Positions 50,441-61,393 of a stretch of DNA of 64,000 nt are shown piece by piece (the stretch's first letter is position 1; each line of letters begins with the position of its first letter). The notes under the pieces are model-generated. The model was not told where the DNA came from, ran no database searches, and saw only the letters and a program-made list of their open reading frames with translations. This stretch comes from a plasmid. The stretch is taken from sequence record NZ_CP041047.1, one strand, 5' to 3'. A program made the position numbers and the translations under genes.

Positions 50441-52150
50441 ATGAACCTACCGACAGCTGTATTAGCGAATAACGATGAAAATGAATCAGACGTCCTCAGC
50501 CTTTATGCTAATCCCGTAGACAGTCAAAGTGGCCTCATTGAACATGACGGCTTTCAAAAACTAAATGCCATGCGCGATCTGCTGGTGGAATACAACACAA
50601 CACTGAAGCACATGCAGGCCATGTATGATGCAGTGATGCGGAACCGGCATGATGAAGCATGGCGCATGTTCTGTGATTCTTGTGACAATTCCATCAAATA
50701 TACGCTGGCTGTAGAAAATTTGTTCTGTATAGAACGGGCCCGCTGTGCTCTCGATGAAAAGTACTGGCAAAAGCTGCTCGATCTGACCGGCGTAAAACCA
50801 TTTATGCCCACCGAAAGATACGATGACTGGAACGAAGGATTAAGGGCATGGCGAAAATCATCAGAATCAAATTTTGAGAAGCTTAAGCCTGTACCCTTCA
50901 ACGAAGAAAGTATCTTTTCTACCGCATTCGCATTGAATGAAGAGAAAAAAGACTACTTCGCCCAGATGGTTCATGGTGTGTTTGAAAAGCTCTCCGCTCT
51001 GCATAAGACTAACCGTGCCCAGGGCTTCAGCAACAAACTCATCATAGCCAGCTGCTTACCAAGTAGAGATAACCGCAGATCCTATGACTATCTCAACTAT
51101 TTTAATGACCTTCGTAAGGTTATTGGACTGATGTATGGACGAAGCGGTGCTGAGGATGTGAATTCGGCTGCGGTCAAAGAGTACATGATGAGTAACCCTG
51201 GCGAATGGGTAAGTATTGATAACGATAGTCTTAAAGTGAAGGGGTTTATTAACGGCAATGTGCATATCCTGATTGAGGAGGAAACTTGTGACAATCTCAA
51301 TCTGGTACTATCCCATTTAATGCCAGGCTGCATTCCTCTCGATCGCCGATACACCACCGGCCATAACTCCGCAAGAACTGTAAAAACCAATGAATATCGG
51401 TCGCAGTTGATATCATTCTCTGCTGTTAACTCCTTAATATCATATGCCACTGACCATTTGAACGCGGGCAAACACCTGTCACCGGGGCCGCACACTTTTA
51501 TCCTGCGGGACAACCAGTCTGTTAGTGAGAAAAAAGAACTGGTGAACATATGGGAGTCATTGGGTGCTGTCAGAAGATATAGAGAAGTATATGACTTTGA
51601 CTTTAGCCCCGTTGAAGCATTCAAACTTCTGGCATTACATGGTTCTATACCTGACCGCTATACGCACCAGTTCTATGCAACGGTCGGAGAACTCCAGAAA
51701 CGAGCAATTGATGAATGTATGGTGGCTTCAGGTATGCGTTTGCTGGAACCGAATATCGGTCTTGGTGCGCTACTGAAAGGGTTACCAGAGGGGGTGGATG
51801 TTACTGGTTTTGATATACACCCCGCAGCTGTTGCAATTACTGGCCTGCGCTGGAACGTCACCCTTAATGATTTTCTATTGGTCAAGCCTGAAAATACCGG
51901 CTTGTTTGAAAGAATTCTGATGAATCCTCCATTTAGTGACTCACGCTGGATTGCACATTTTCAACATGCGATGAGATTCCTGAAACCGGGAGGACGCTTG
52001 ATAGCAATACTGCCAGGGAGCGCAAAGGAGCATCTTTTAACCCGAGAAGCTGGGCCCGGTTACGACATCAATATTCTGGGTTGCTATGACAACGCCTTTG
52101 AAGGAACCGCAGAATCCATAAAACTTTTCTCCGTTGATGCCCATGAATAG
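50441..52150 (+). CDS. Large two-domain methyltransferase (uncharacterised N-terminal domain + C-terminal class-I SAM-dependent N6-adenine MTase module)
   Basis: C-terminal LEPNIGLGALL (motif I) and NPPF (motif IV). RBS GGAGA. Confidence 0.6.
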   Translation: MNLPTAVLANNDENESDVLSLYANPVDSQSGLIEHDGFQKLNAMRDLLVEYNTTLKHMQAMYDAVMRNRHDEAWRMFCDSCDNSIKYTLAVENLFCIERARCALDEKYWQKLLDLTGVKPFMPTERYDDWNEGLRAWRKSSESNFEKLKPVPFNEESIFSTAFALNEEKKDYFAQMVHGVFEKLSALHKTNRAQGFSNKLIIASCLPSRDNRRSYDYLNYFNDLRKVIGLMYGRSGAEDVNSAAVKEYMMSNPGEWVSIDNDSLKVKGFINGNVHILIEEETCDNLNLVLSHLMPGCIPLDRRYTTGHNSARTVKTNEYRSQLISFSAVNSLISYATDHLNAGKHLSPGPHTFILRDNQSVSEKKELVNIWESLGAVRRYREVYDFDFSPVEAFKLLALHGSIPDRYTHQFYATVGELQKRAIDECMVASGMRLLEPNIGLGALLKGLPEGVDVTGFDIHPAAVAITGLRWNVTLNDFLLVKPENTGLFERILMNPPFSDSRWIAHFQHAMRFLKPGGRLIAILPGSAKEHLLTREAGPGYDINILGCYDNAFEGTAESIKLFSVDAHE

Positions 52151-52303
52151 TGGGGAAAGGAAGAGCTGGTCGAGTTAATTTCGTCACCCGTAACTGAACA
52201 GAAAAAATGAGATAGAGAAAAAGCCGTCAGTTTGTCGATGTTAAATGCTATTCAAATTTTTCAACATGCGACAATTGAGCCAACTACATGAAGAGGAAAC
52301 ACA

Positions 52304-53059
52304 ATGTCAGCATTTCTCATCAATAAATTATCTTTCGAAGATACCAAACAAATAATGTTGTCCTCCATGAAAACAATGGCATCTCTTCATGGTATTTTGG
52401 CAATATTCTTGCCGATAATTGCTGGTGGTGGACTCCTGACACTCATCATGAAAAATGTGACAATGGAGGGGCTTGCATTTTTTATCTTACAGCCAGTTGT
52501 ACTCACCCTCTACCTTACGGCTATCTTATGCCGATATCAAAGCTCAGAGCTAAGATTGAATATCTGGGAAGAACTACGCAACTTTATCGTTGTGTTAGTT
52601 TATGCATTATTCCTGACCGTACTAATGATCGTAATATTGTGGTTAGTCAAATTTATGATTGCTTCAGCGGTTGCGGGTGAAACCAACCATGTTGAATATA
52701 AACAACCAACATTAACAAGCATTAGTCTGGCTTACTCCAACCTAATAGTGTATTTCAATATGTACGCCCTTGCCACTTTGAGCGTATTTATCGCTACGCC
52801 AATGCTCGTTTTATTCATACCAACAGTTACGCGGTGTAAAGGTTCTCTGCTGAAAAGTATACCAGTCATTTGTAAAAGTACTTTTATGAATATTGGGCCG
52901 TTGTTCGCATTTTCAGCTATCTCTGGTGTTGTTTTACTTTCGTGGTCATACTTTTCGCTCAGGTATGAATGGTTAATCCCGGCAGCAACTATACCTCTGG
53001 CCTACTTATCAATATTGAATTACCAGCTGTCTGAAGCAGCATTGCCTCGTAACCAATAA
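52304..53059 (+). CDS. Hypothetical polytopic membrane protein (251 aa)
   Basis: About 6 TM helices. Low GC. Confidence 0.4.
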   Translation: MSAFLINKLSFEDTKQIMLSSMKTMASLHGILAIFLPIIAGGGLLTLIMKNVTMEGLAFFILQPVVLTLYLTAILCRYQSSELRLNIWEELRNFIVVLVYALFLTVLMIVILWLVKFMIASAVAGETNHVEYKQPTLTSISLAYSNLIVYFNMYALATLSVFIATPMLVLFIPTVTRCKGSLLKSIPVICKSTFMNIGPLFAFSAISGVVLLSWSYFSLRYEWLIPAATIPLAYLSILNYQLSEAALPRNQ

Positions 53060-53070
53060 AAAGGAAACCT

Positions 53071-53496
53071 GTGATGAGAAAAATAATATTAAATGCGGTT
53101 GTTTGTTTATTTGCAATTAATGCATCAAGTTTCGCAATATCAGCGGAAAGCTCTCCATCTCGTGACGAACTGAATGACGTGATGAAAGTTCATGCTTCCG
53201 AGATTGCTGCTGTTATCGCATGTAAAGACTACCTCGAAAATGGCGAGGAACGTTTGACTGAAGCGAAATCAAAAGCTGGCCGTGTACTGGGTAAGATGGT
53301 AGGCAATCAAGCCAAGGGTAGCGAGTATGCTAGTCGGATTCTGGTAACTGTTAACGAAGCTAAGCCAGATGAGCAACTGAAGGCTGAATTCGACAAGGTC
53401 AACCTTGACCACTCAGTCCGCGTTGCAAAATGCGCTCAGCTAGTAGCTGGTAATGCCGCACGTGCGGACGATGCTGATATCAATTATCTGAATTAA
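53071..53496 (+). CDS. Hypothetical secreted protein (141 aa)
   Basis: Signal peptide. Confidence 0.4.
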   Translation: MMRKIILNAVVCLFAINASSFAISAESSPSRDELNDVMKVHASEIAAVIACKDYLENGEERLTEAKSKAGRVLGKMVGNQAKGSEYASRILVTVNEAKPDEQLKAEFDKVNLDHSVRVAKCAQLVAGNAARADDADINYLN

Positions 53497-53506
53497 GAGG
53501 CTAGCA

Positions 53507-54112
53507 ATGGCGAAGATCAGGATCACTCATCGTTATGACATCAATAAAGACATGTTCTATGGCGTAGAAACTAACCAGCCATATGAAAAGGTTGTTCAGA
53601 GGTTAGCTTATCTCCAATTGATTCATTCCACGTTGCCTGATTTTCCCTACATGGCTAATTGCCTGGAACAGGCCGATGCAGTAGAACTCTATTGTCGAAT
53701 CTTTGGTGGTATTCCTTTAAACACAAATCAACATTATACCGCAGAGATTGATTTATATAGGAACTGGGAAATAGATACACGCGAACTCGTTAATGACATT
53801 AATTGCCAAAATTCAATTGCCATTTCCGGCTGCGTAGAAAAAATATTTAAATACATTGTTGAAAACTCTGTTCAGATCTATCAGCTCACAAAAGAAGCTT
53901 ATAAATTAGGGCAGGGCATGACTAATAATGAAAAAGAAGAAATGGCTCTTTTACTGATTTATATGGATTGGCAACTTCAAAGGATGGATCGTGTTTTAAT
54001 GGGTGAGAATATTCAAAAAGAGTGGGATTGGCGGGATTTTGAGGGAAGGTTAATTTCAGATATTTCGTATTCACCGACCGAGCAACCTGACCTATACATC
54101 CACAAAGATTAA
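53507..54112 (+). CDS. Hypothetical protein (201 aa)
   Basis: ORF. AAGAGG RBS. Confidence 0.35.
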   Translation: MAKIRITHRYDINKDMFYGVETNQPYEKVVQRLAYLQLIHSTLPDFPYMANCLEQADAVELYCRIFGGIPLNTNQHYTAEIDLYRNWEIDTRELVNDINCQNSIAISGCVEKIFKYIVENSVQIYQLTKEAYKLGQGMTNNEKEEMALLLIYMDWQLQRMDRVLMGENIQKEWDWRDFEGRLISDISYSPTEQPDLYIHKD

Positions 54113-54520
54113 TGTTATTGACGCACAAGTAGAAAATATTAAGACCTGGCACAAATAGGAGGCAAACACATTAGAAAAAATTAACCATGTATTTATGATG
54201 GGTTCTGTTAAGCCTAAAATCGGGGTAGTAATAGATCTGTTATTGAAAATGCCAGACATGCTGATAGAGTTGAACGAATGATAAACGTTTCACCTTCTCT
54301 GCTCTGGCGGATGCCAGTTTATGGATGTGCATACTGGAACTATTTGAAATATTTGGGTAGAGGGATCTACTTAATATGTAATGTGATTAAAAACATTCTG
54401 TTTTCTATGTGGTCAAAAAGTTCAGTATGAGTGATATATGATTGATGATTACAAAAGCTTCCTCAAAAACCCCGGAAATTTACCGGAACTAATTAGTTAC
54501 TCTCCGTCAGGCAGACCTAG

Positions 54521-55716
<1,196 letters not shown>

Positions 55717-56380
55717 CTAGCTTAACGAGACGAGTTGAAGATCGCCTTAAATGCGCACTTATCCTCGGCTACCTCAAGCCCGGTGATAAGGTGGTAACAA
55801 AAAACATCGCCGATGCTATGAAAATGAGCGTCACGCCCGTCCGTGAAAGCCTGATACGTTTGTCTGCCAGTAGTGCTCTTGCTTTGACCCCATCACATGC
55901 CTTTTTCGTGCCCGTCATCACCAGTGAGCAGTTCAACGAATACATGAGAATGAGGCGATTGATTGAGCCAGAACTGGCAGAAAAGGCCGTACTGAATATG
56001 GATGACAAGAGCTTTGAAGAATGCCTATCTATGTGCCAAAAGCTGCGTTCAGCATATGATCGAAGGGATGTTTATCTGGCACACCAGCTCAACCTCACTC
56101 TACGGCTGAAGCTTTACATACACGCCGATCTGCCTGAATTTTTCAAAATCGTCACCCAACTTTGGATTAACCTGGGGCCAACTCTGAGTTACACGTTCGA
56201 ATCTGACTCGGAGGAGAAATGGCCAATATTTTTCTCGTCGCTTGAACTCGCACTTTCAAACAGGGATGCAGGGGCAGCAGCAGATGCCATTAGAGAGTCA
56301 CTGGATAAGGGGTTGCGGATCTACCTGAGCCTGTTAACCGAGCAAGGTGAGTAAACCGGCTACTAGTAGCCGGTTCTGAT

Positions 56381-56767
56381 TCAACGTTTGAGGTTTTGCA
56401 TCATCAGGGAGGGTTTAGGAATTTGTTCTTTCTGCTCAGCAGGCTTATCCGAATCAATGGTGGTTGCTGCTCGGATACCTGTGGCCTGGGTTTCCACTGA
56501 TGAAGAATTCCGTTCAACGGCTATGCCCAGCGTTTGCGACAGGATGTTGCTCAGCGTTTCGGCATTAAACGATGTCGTAGTTTGCGCTGCCAGCAAATTA
56601 ATTAACCGAGGGTCGAGCTCATGCAAGGCAGAGGCTATTACCAGTGCCTTACGGTAAAATTCCCCCCGGGAGCGTCGGGGTAAGCGCTCCATAATATCAA
56701 GAGCTTTACCGTCTTCTGGATTATTGCCGGGCCGGAGCCAGACGAGTAAACGTTTATCTTCTTCCAT
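56381..56767 (-). CDS. parR: ParR/StbB-like partition adaptor (start at MEEDK; ATG or the GTG one codon upstream)
   Basis: ...RSRGEFYRKALVIASALHELDPRLINLL... resembles StbB. RBS GAGGT. Downstream of parM. Confidence 0.6.
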   Translation of the reverse strand: MEEDKRLLVWLRPGNNPEDGKALDIMERLPRRSRGEFYRKALVIASALHELDPRLINLLAAQTTTSFNAETLSNILSQTLGIAVERNSSSVETQATGIRAATTIDSDKPAEQKEQIPKPSLMMQNLKR

Positions 56768-56780
56768 CACATGACCTCGT

Positions 56781-57743
56781 TTAGACGCTTGCCATAGCTT
56801 TGACGAGCGCGAGCTGCGCGTCAGGCGCTTTGATGACATCCAGCTTAGGGAATAGCTCGACAATATGAGAATGGATGAGCTCAGCACCGCCACCGGCCAG
56901 GATGATTTTGTGGACGCTATTCTGACGACGGATATCAGCTGCAACAGCTTCGGCCAGATTTTTCGACTCAGAATCGATAACAGCAATGATGGCATCGATT
57001 TTAGAGTGATCATTGACCGCAGAAGCAATCAGATCTCTATCATGACGGTTTTTAATGATGATATCTGCAATGGCATAACTGCTTGGAGACTGGGCATCCT
57101 GGAGCGCTGCCATAACAGCTTTCGTCACTCGTGAAACGCCAACATCGCTGTTGCCAAAGATATCGGATATGCCCTCCATTGCCCCCTGAATGATGGCCAG
57201 GTCTAGGGTTGTCCCCCCCAGATCGACAACCAGGGTTCGTGTAAGCTGCGTGGTTGTTTTAGGGTCAATCAGATATTCAGCCGCAGGTACTGATTCAGGC
57301 ATTACGTTAACTTTTACAACATGAAAAGTTTCGCCGTTATTCAGGCTTATTGGGCCCATGACGTTGGCCTTTTTCTTTTCAATGTTAGCTTCGTTCAACT
57401 GTGCATCGCTCGTGAAGAACATGGCCACCGGTAGAGTCACTGTAAGTTCAACGTCCTGTGGCTCAAGCCCGGACGTCAAAAGAGCATGATGAATTGCTAC
57501 ACGACTAACAGCGTCGAACTGGAAAGAGGTATGGGTTGTTGTAATTGCAGATGTTGAGCCAATGTCGTGGGTAAATTTCCGCCCATCAATAAGATAGTTG
57601 TGGATAGTTTTACCACCAAATGCAAGGGGAGTTGCCCAGCCTTCGCGGAAGGCATTCTGCGAAACATGGGTTTTGATTTCACCATTCTCAACCCAAGCAA
57701 GTTTTACGTTCGTTGAGCCGTCATCACAAGCGATGTTCATCAT
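56781..57743 (-). CDS. parM: ParM/StbA actin-like partition ATPase
   Basis: MMNIACDDGSTNVKLAW (phosphate-1 DDGSTN), VDLGGTTLD, ILAGGGAEL are collinear with R1 ParM. RBS GAGGT. Confidence 0.8.
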   Translation of the reverse strand: MMNIACDDGSTNVKLAWVENGEIKTHVSQNAFREGWATPLAFGGKTIHNYLIDGRKFTHDIGSTSAITTTHTSFQFDAVSRVAIHHALLTSGLEPQDVELTVTLPVAMFFTSDAQLNEANIEKKKANVMGPISLNNGETFHVVKVNVMPESVPAAEYLIDPKTTTQLTRTLVVDLGGTTLDLAIIQGAMEGISDIFGNSDVGVSRVTKAVMAALQDAQSPSSYAIADIIIKNRHDRDLIASAVNDHSKIDAIIAVIDSESKNLAEAVAADIRRQNSVHKIILAGGGAELIHSHIVELFPKLDVIKAPDAQLALVKAMASV

Positions 57744-58479
57744 GGTATATACCTCATTAAAATGTTCAAAAGTATCGAAAATCCCAGTCATTTTAGATAG
57801 TAAGCTATCATGAAGCAAGGAATGCGCACCTGTAGCGCACATTTAATGTCCGCGAAATGACTATAAAAAGTGAATTACGAGTGTGTTAAACAGGAACGAT
57901 TCTAGCGGATTGAAATCTGGAGGGTAAACGAGCAAGAGAGATGTAAACGTAATATGCAGAGGTCGGTAGCCCTGGAACATCAACGGTAAAAGTAACAAAC
58001 CACCCGAAAAATGAACCAGAGCCACCAGATTAAATTGTGACGGTGGATGGCCAATACTGCAAGGGCTTACAAGATAAAGGCACATACAATGTAAGTCCAC
58101 ATGATAGCGTGTATTGGAAAGAAGAGTCACCAAACTGATAGATTTGACCCGGGCCAAAACTGTAGTCAGCAAACTTCGTAACTTATTGAACGGATTGTAG
58201 TAGACAAGACAGCTTCTGTGTCGCAATTATCTGAGGCCAATTGGAGCTCATACCAAGCCAAAACCCAGTGCGCACAATGAATGATTAAAACACAAATGCC
58301 TTTAAATTCAAGTACATATAACAAAGATTATGTTAAATAACCTCCATAGGTCTATTACTTCATGGTTCACTCATGCGGTCACAGAAATCAGCATGTTGTG
58401 AATTTTGAGATACCTCCCTTTTCTCACATTAGGTCTGTCGTACATTTACTTCACCGCATGCTGATTGTTGGGTATTTCT

Positions 58480-59853
58480 ATGTACTCACTTACCCAGATT
58501 GTAAGTTCAAACGGCCGAAGGCACTGGATTCTGATGGATGTAAAAATCTGTCTGCCAGCACTTTATCCGCTTAGGTATCTAGTTGACCATCTTGAGTATC
58601 GCTCGCTTTCAACTCAATCAGCTTCTCTCCAGGCGATTAAGTTTTTTTATGAGTTCTGGTACATGAAGCATAGAGCCACATTCTGCTATAGCTTTTACTG
58701 CTCGGGACATGACCCTGCAATCGCTATTCAGGAGATGACAGATTTTTTTCAATACTTAGAAAATGGTCGCATGGTCAGCTTCGCACCACGATTACTGCCA
58801 TTTAAACATTCTAGCGGCATGACAAATGCTTCTAGAGTACGTGCAGTGATTAGATTCATAGGCTACCTGATTGCTACCTATGTATCTCCGTACTATCGAA
58901 ATGAAACGCCCAAAGAATTGTCTCGTCATGCATCCCGTCTCAACACTCGATTGCTGATATGTAAAGACGACTTTAAAACTCTGGAAAGAAGCAATCAGCG
59001 GTATTATTCTCGAGTCACTCAAGGATTTCAGAGCATGACTGGTGATATGGTTGAAAATGTATATCGCATAGTCGTACCGAGTTCAAAACATAAAAATAAC
59101 CTTCTAAACCCCTTCCCTTCAGGATTTATTCAATTTCGCAATTATTTAATTATACGGTTAATGCTCAACTATGGGTTGCGTGTTGGTGAGTTGTTATTGT
59201 TAGAGTGCTCATCGGTTAAAGCTAGTATCAGTGGAGATAAATTTAGCTTAATCATTAGTATGCCTCAAAATATGACCGATCCAAGAACACATGCACCATC
59301 ATTAAAAAATGAGTACTCACATCGAGTTTTGGAACTAGATAAAGCAGATTATGAATTTCTTATTATTTACATGCAGAAAATTAGGAGAAAATCAATAACT
59401 CACAACTTCATATTTGCATCAAGACAAAATCCTGAAAGCCCTTTATCCTATAATGCAGTACATTTGATTTTCTCTGAGATAGATAAGGTTTTTTCACTTA
59501 ACTATCCTGAATGTAAATCAGCAGAGCGCTTTGATGCTCTAATGAAATTTACACCTCATGTTACACGGCATACATGGGCTTACTTAACTATAAAGAAACT
59601 ATATAATTTACAAAATAAAAGATTTAATGGCGCTGGTAATGATTTTGTCAAAAACTCACTTTCAATAGGGGTGATGGATGAGGCAAAAGAGACTCTCCGT
59701 TTGCTGGGCGGTTGGAGTATAAAAAGTCAAATGCCTGAACTTTATGCAAAAAGATTTTTATCTGAGCAAGCCAATGCTGAAAATATCCATCGATTATTAC
59801 AACATGATTCTGAGCTCGATTACTTGATGAAGGAGTTGTTTGATGGATATTAA
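58480..59853 (+). CDS. Tyrosine recombinase 1 of 3 (start uncertain; the ORF is open from 58465)
   Basis: Box I NYGLRVGELLLL (Arg). Box II HVTRHTWAY. Downstream Tyr LYAKRF. Low-GC. Confidence 0.65.
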   Translation: MYSLTQIVSSNGRRHWILMDVKICLPALYPLRYLVDHLEYRSLSTQSASLQAIKFFYEFWYMKHRATFCYSFYCSGHDPAIAIQEMTDFFQYLENGRMVSFAPRLLPFKHSSGMTNASRVRAVIRFIGYLIATYVSPYYRNETPKELSRHASRLNTRLLICKDDFKTLERSNQRYYSRVTQGFQSMTGDMVENVYRIVVPSSKHKNNLLNPFPSGFIQFRNYLIIRLMLNYGLRVGELLLLECSSVKASISGDKFSLIISMPQNMTDPRTHAPSLKNEYSHRVLELDKADYEFLIIYMQKIRRKSITHNFIFASRQNPESPLSYNAVHLIFSEIDKVFSLNYPECKSAERFDALMKFTPHVTRHTWAYLTIKKLYNLQNKRFNGAGNDFVKNSLSIGVMDEAKETLRLLGGWSIKSQMPELYAKRFLSEQANAENIHRLLQHDSELDYLMKELFDGY

Positions 59854-61393
59854 ATATAATAAACAGTCTCTATCAGACTCTAGAATGTTTGATCGAAATC
59901 TATCTTCAAAACTAGAATGTTTAGTCATTCCTAAAGATGTTTTTTTGAAATCTAGCAGCGATTTTGATGATAAGCATATTCACAACGGGGAAAATAAATG
60001 GGTTTTTTATTATTCAGGAAGCAAGCGATATGTTTACTTCAAGCTTGATAAGTTAACCAATACTCTATTGAAGTACTTTTGTTTCAAATATGCATCCACG
60101 ATGTTCCCAACTTTCTTACCAGTACTGTCATATCAGTGGACACAAGCATTCAATTACTGTAGTGAAAATGGCGGTTTTAGATTGAACACTTTGCGACAGT
60201 ATATTGAAAACGATGACCTAGATGCCAGGGGCTTCTATTCTATATTATTCGGACTGAAGATCCTTTGCTCTGAAGAGTTTCCTGGATTTACTTTGGAAGA
60301 CTATGAGGATCTTGAGTTTATACCCAGACCAAATGCGTTTAACTGGGATATTTATCAGGATATTGACAATCTCCTCGATCCTTTTGAAAAAAACATGATA
60401 AGTAAAGGATTATTTGAAATGGCAGCGGCGTTGGCTAGGGGAAAATATTATGACATCAGAGAACTCAAACATGCCGCAATACTCGGATTAAGTTATGTTA
60501 CTGGGGCACGTCCTGTGCAGTTGGCAAAATTAGCTGTTAAAGACTTGCGTCTTGATACCTGTGATAATAGCACCGGACTATTTCGATACAGTATTCTGCT
60601 ACCTTACGTCAAACAACGACGCCTTACGACCGACCGTTTACTGCTGGCTATTCCACCGGAAATTGGTGCGATAATTAAGCAATATGTGGAGCGAACCCAG
60701 TTATTACCTGATGATAAAATGTTCGACATGGGAGTGTCCGCCCCTGCTTTTGCCTCTAAGTCTATAAGCCAAGCAATTCTAAACTTCAGCCCACCTGATT
60801 ATCAAACTGCCGTTGCTTGCGGCGAGGCAGCCCTACCAACAATCACATCAACCGATTTACGCCACAACGTTGGTCACTCACTAGCTATGCAAGGAGCCAG
60901 TGCGGAGGAGATTGCTCACATTCTTGGCCATTCATCTCTAGTTGTAGCAAAGCACTACATCCTGGCGACACCAGCCTTGGCATTGATCCGCGCTAAAGCT
61001 CTTGGTTCTAACCCCGTCTGGCAAAACATGGTGGCTATGATGTTGACTGGGAAATTGGTCACTTCAAAAGAATGGCAAGGTCGACGTGTGGTTGGAATTG
61101 TTGGGGACCGGCTGCACTACGAGATCGGCGGTTGTTCTAGAGCCGATGACGAATGCCCTTTCTGTGAAGTCCGTTGCTGTTATGGTTGCTTATATTACCG
61201 CCCTTTCCTCGATGGTCATCACCAGGACGTATTAGAAAGCGTCTCTAAAGAAGTCGATGAGCTAATAGCTGTTTCTGATTGCGTCGGGAATGCTCACAAT
61301 CCACTAATTTCTATCCACGAAACAACGCAGATCGAAGTCAAGTCAGTAATAGCCCGTTGTCATTTGCATCACGTCAAAGGTTGTGAACAATGA
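59840..61393 (+). CDS. Tyrosine recombinase 2 of 3 with a C-terminal Cys/His-rich extension
   Basis: Box I TGARPVQLAKL. Box II LRHNVGHSLA..HILGHSSLVVAKHY. Tail CSRADDECPFCEVRCCYGCLYY...HH. Overlaps recombinase 1 by 14 nt. Confidence 0.65.
   Translation: MMDIKYNKQSLSDSRMFDRNLSSKLECLVIPKDVFLKSSSDFDDKHIHNGENKWVFYYSGSKRYVYFKLDKLTNTLLKYFCFKYASTMFPTFLPVLSYQWTQAFNYCSENGGFRLNTLRQYIENDDLDARGFYSILFGLKILCSEEFPGFTLEDYEDLEFIPRPNAFNWDIYQDIDNLLDPFEKNMISKGLFEMAAALARGKYYDIRELKHAAILGLSYVTGARPVQLAKLAVKDLRLDTCDNSTGLFRYSILLPYVKQRRLTTDRLLLAIPPEIGAIIKQYVERTQLLPDDKMFDMGVSAPAFASKSISQAILNFSPPDYQTAVACGEAALPTITSTDLRHNVGHSLAMQGASAEEIAHILGHSSLVVAKHYILATPALALIRAKALGSNPVWQNMVAMMLTGKLVTSKEWQGRRVVGIVGDRLHYEIGGCSRADDECPFCEVRCCYGCLYYRPFLDGHHQDVLESVSKEVDELIAVSDCVGNAHNPLISIHETTQIEVKSVIARCHLHHVKGCEQ

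Noticed and set aside
56381-57028. 215-aa minus-strand ORF overlapping parM
   Set aside because: Its first 87 codons overlap the parM 3' end in another frame. The real gene (ParR/StbB-like) is taken to start at MEEDK (56767), which has a GAGGT RBS.
57843-58464. Expected parC centromere iterons upstream of parM
   Set aside because: Could not identify clear tandem direct repeats by eye. The region is AT-rich, so a parC site may still be present but is not supportable from inspection alone.
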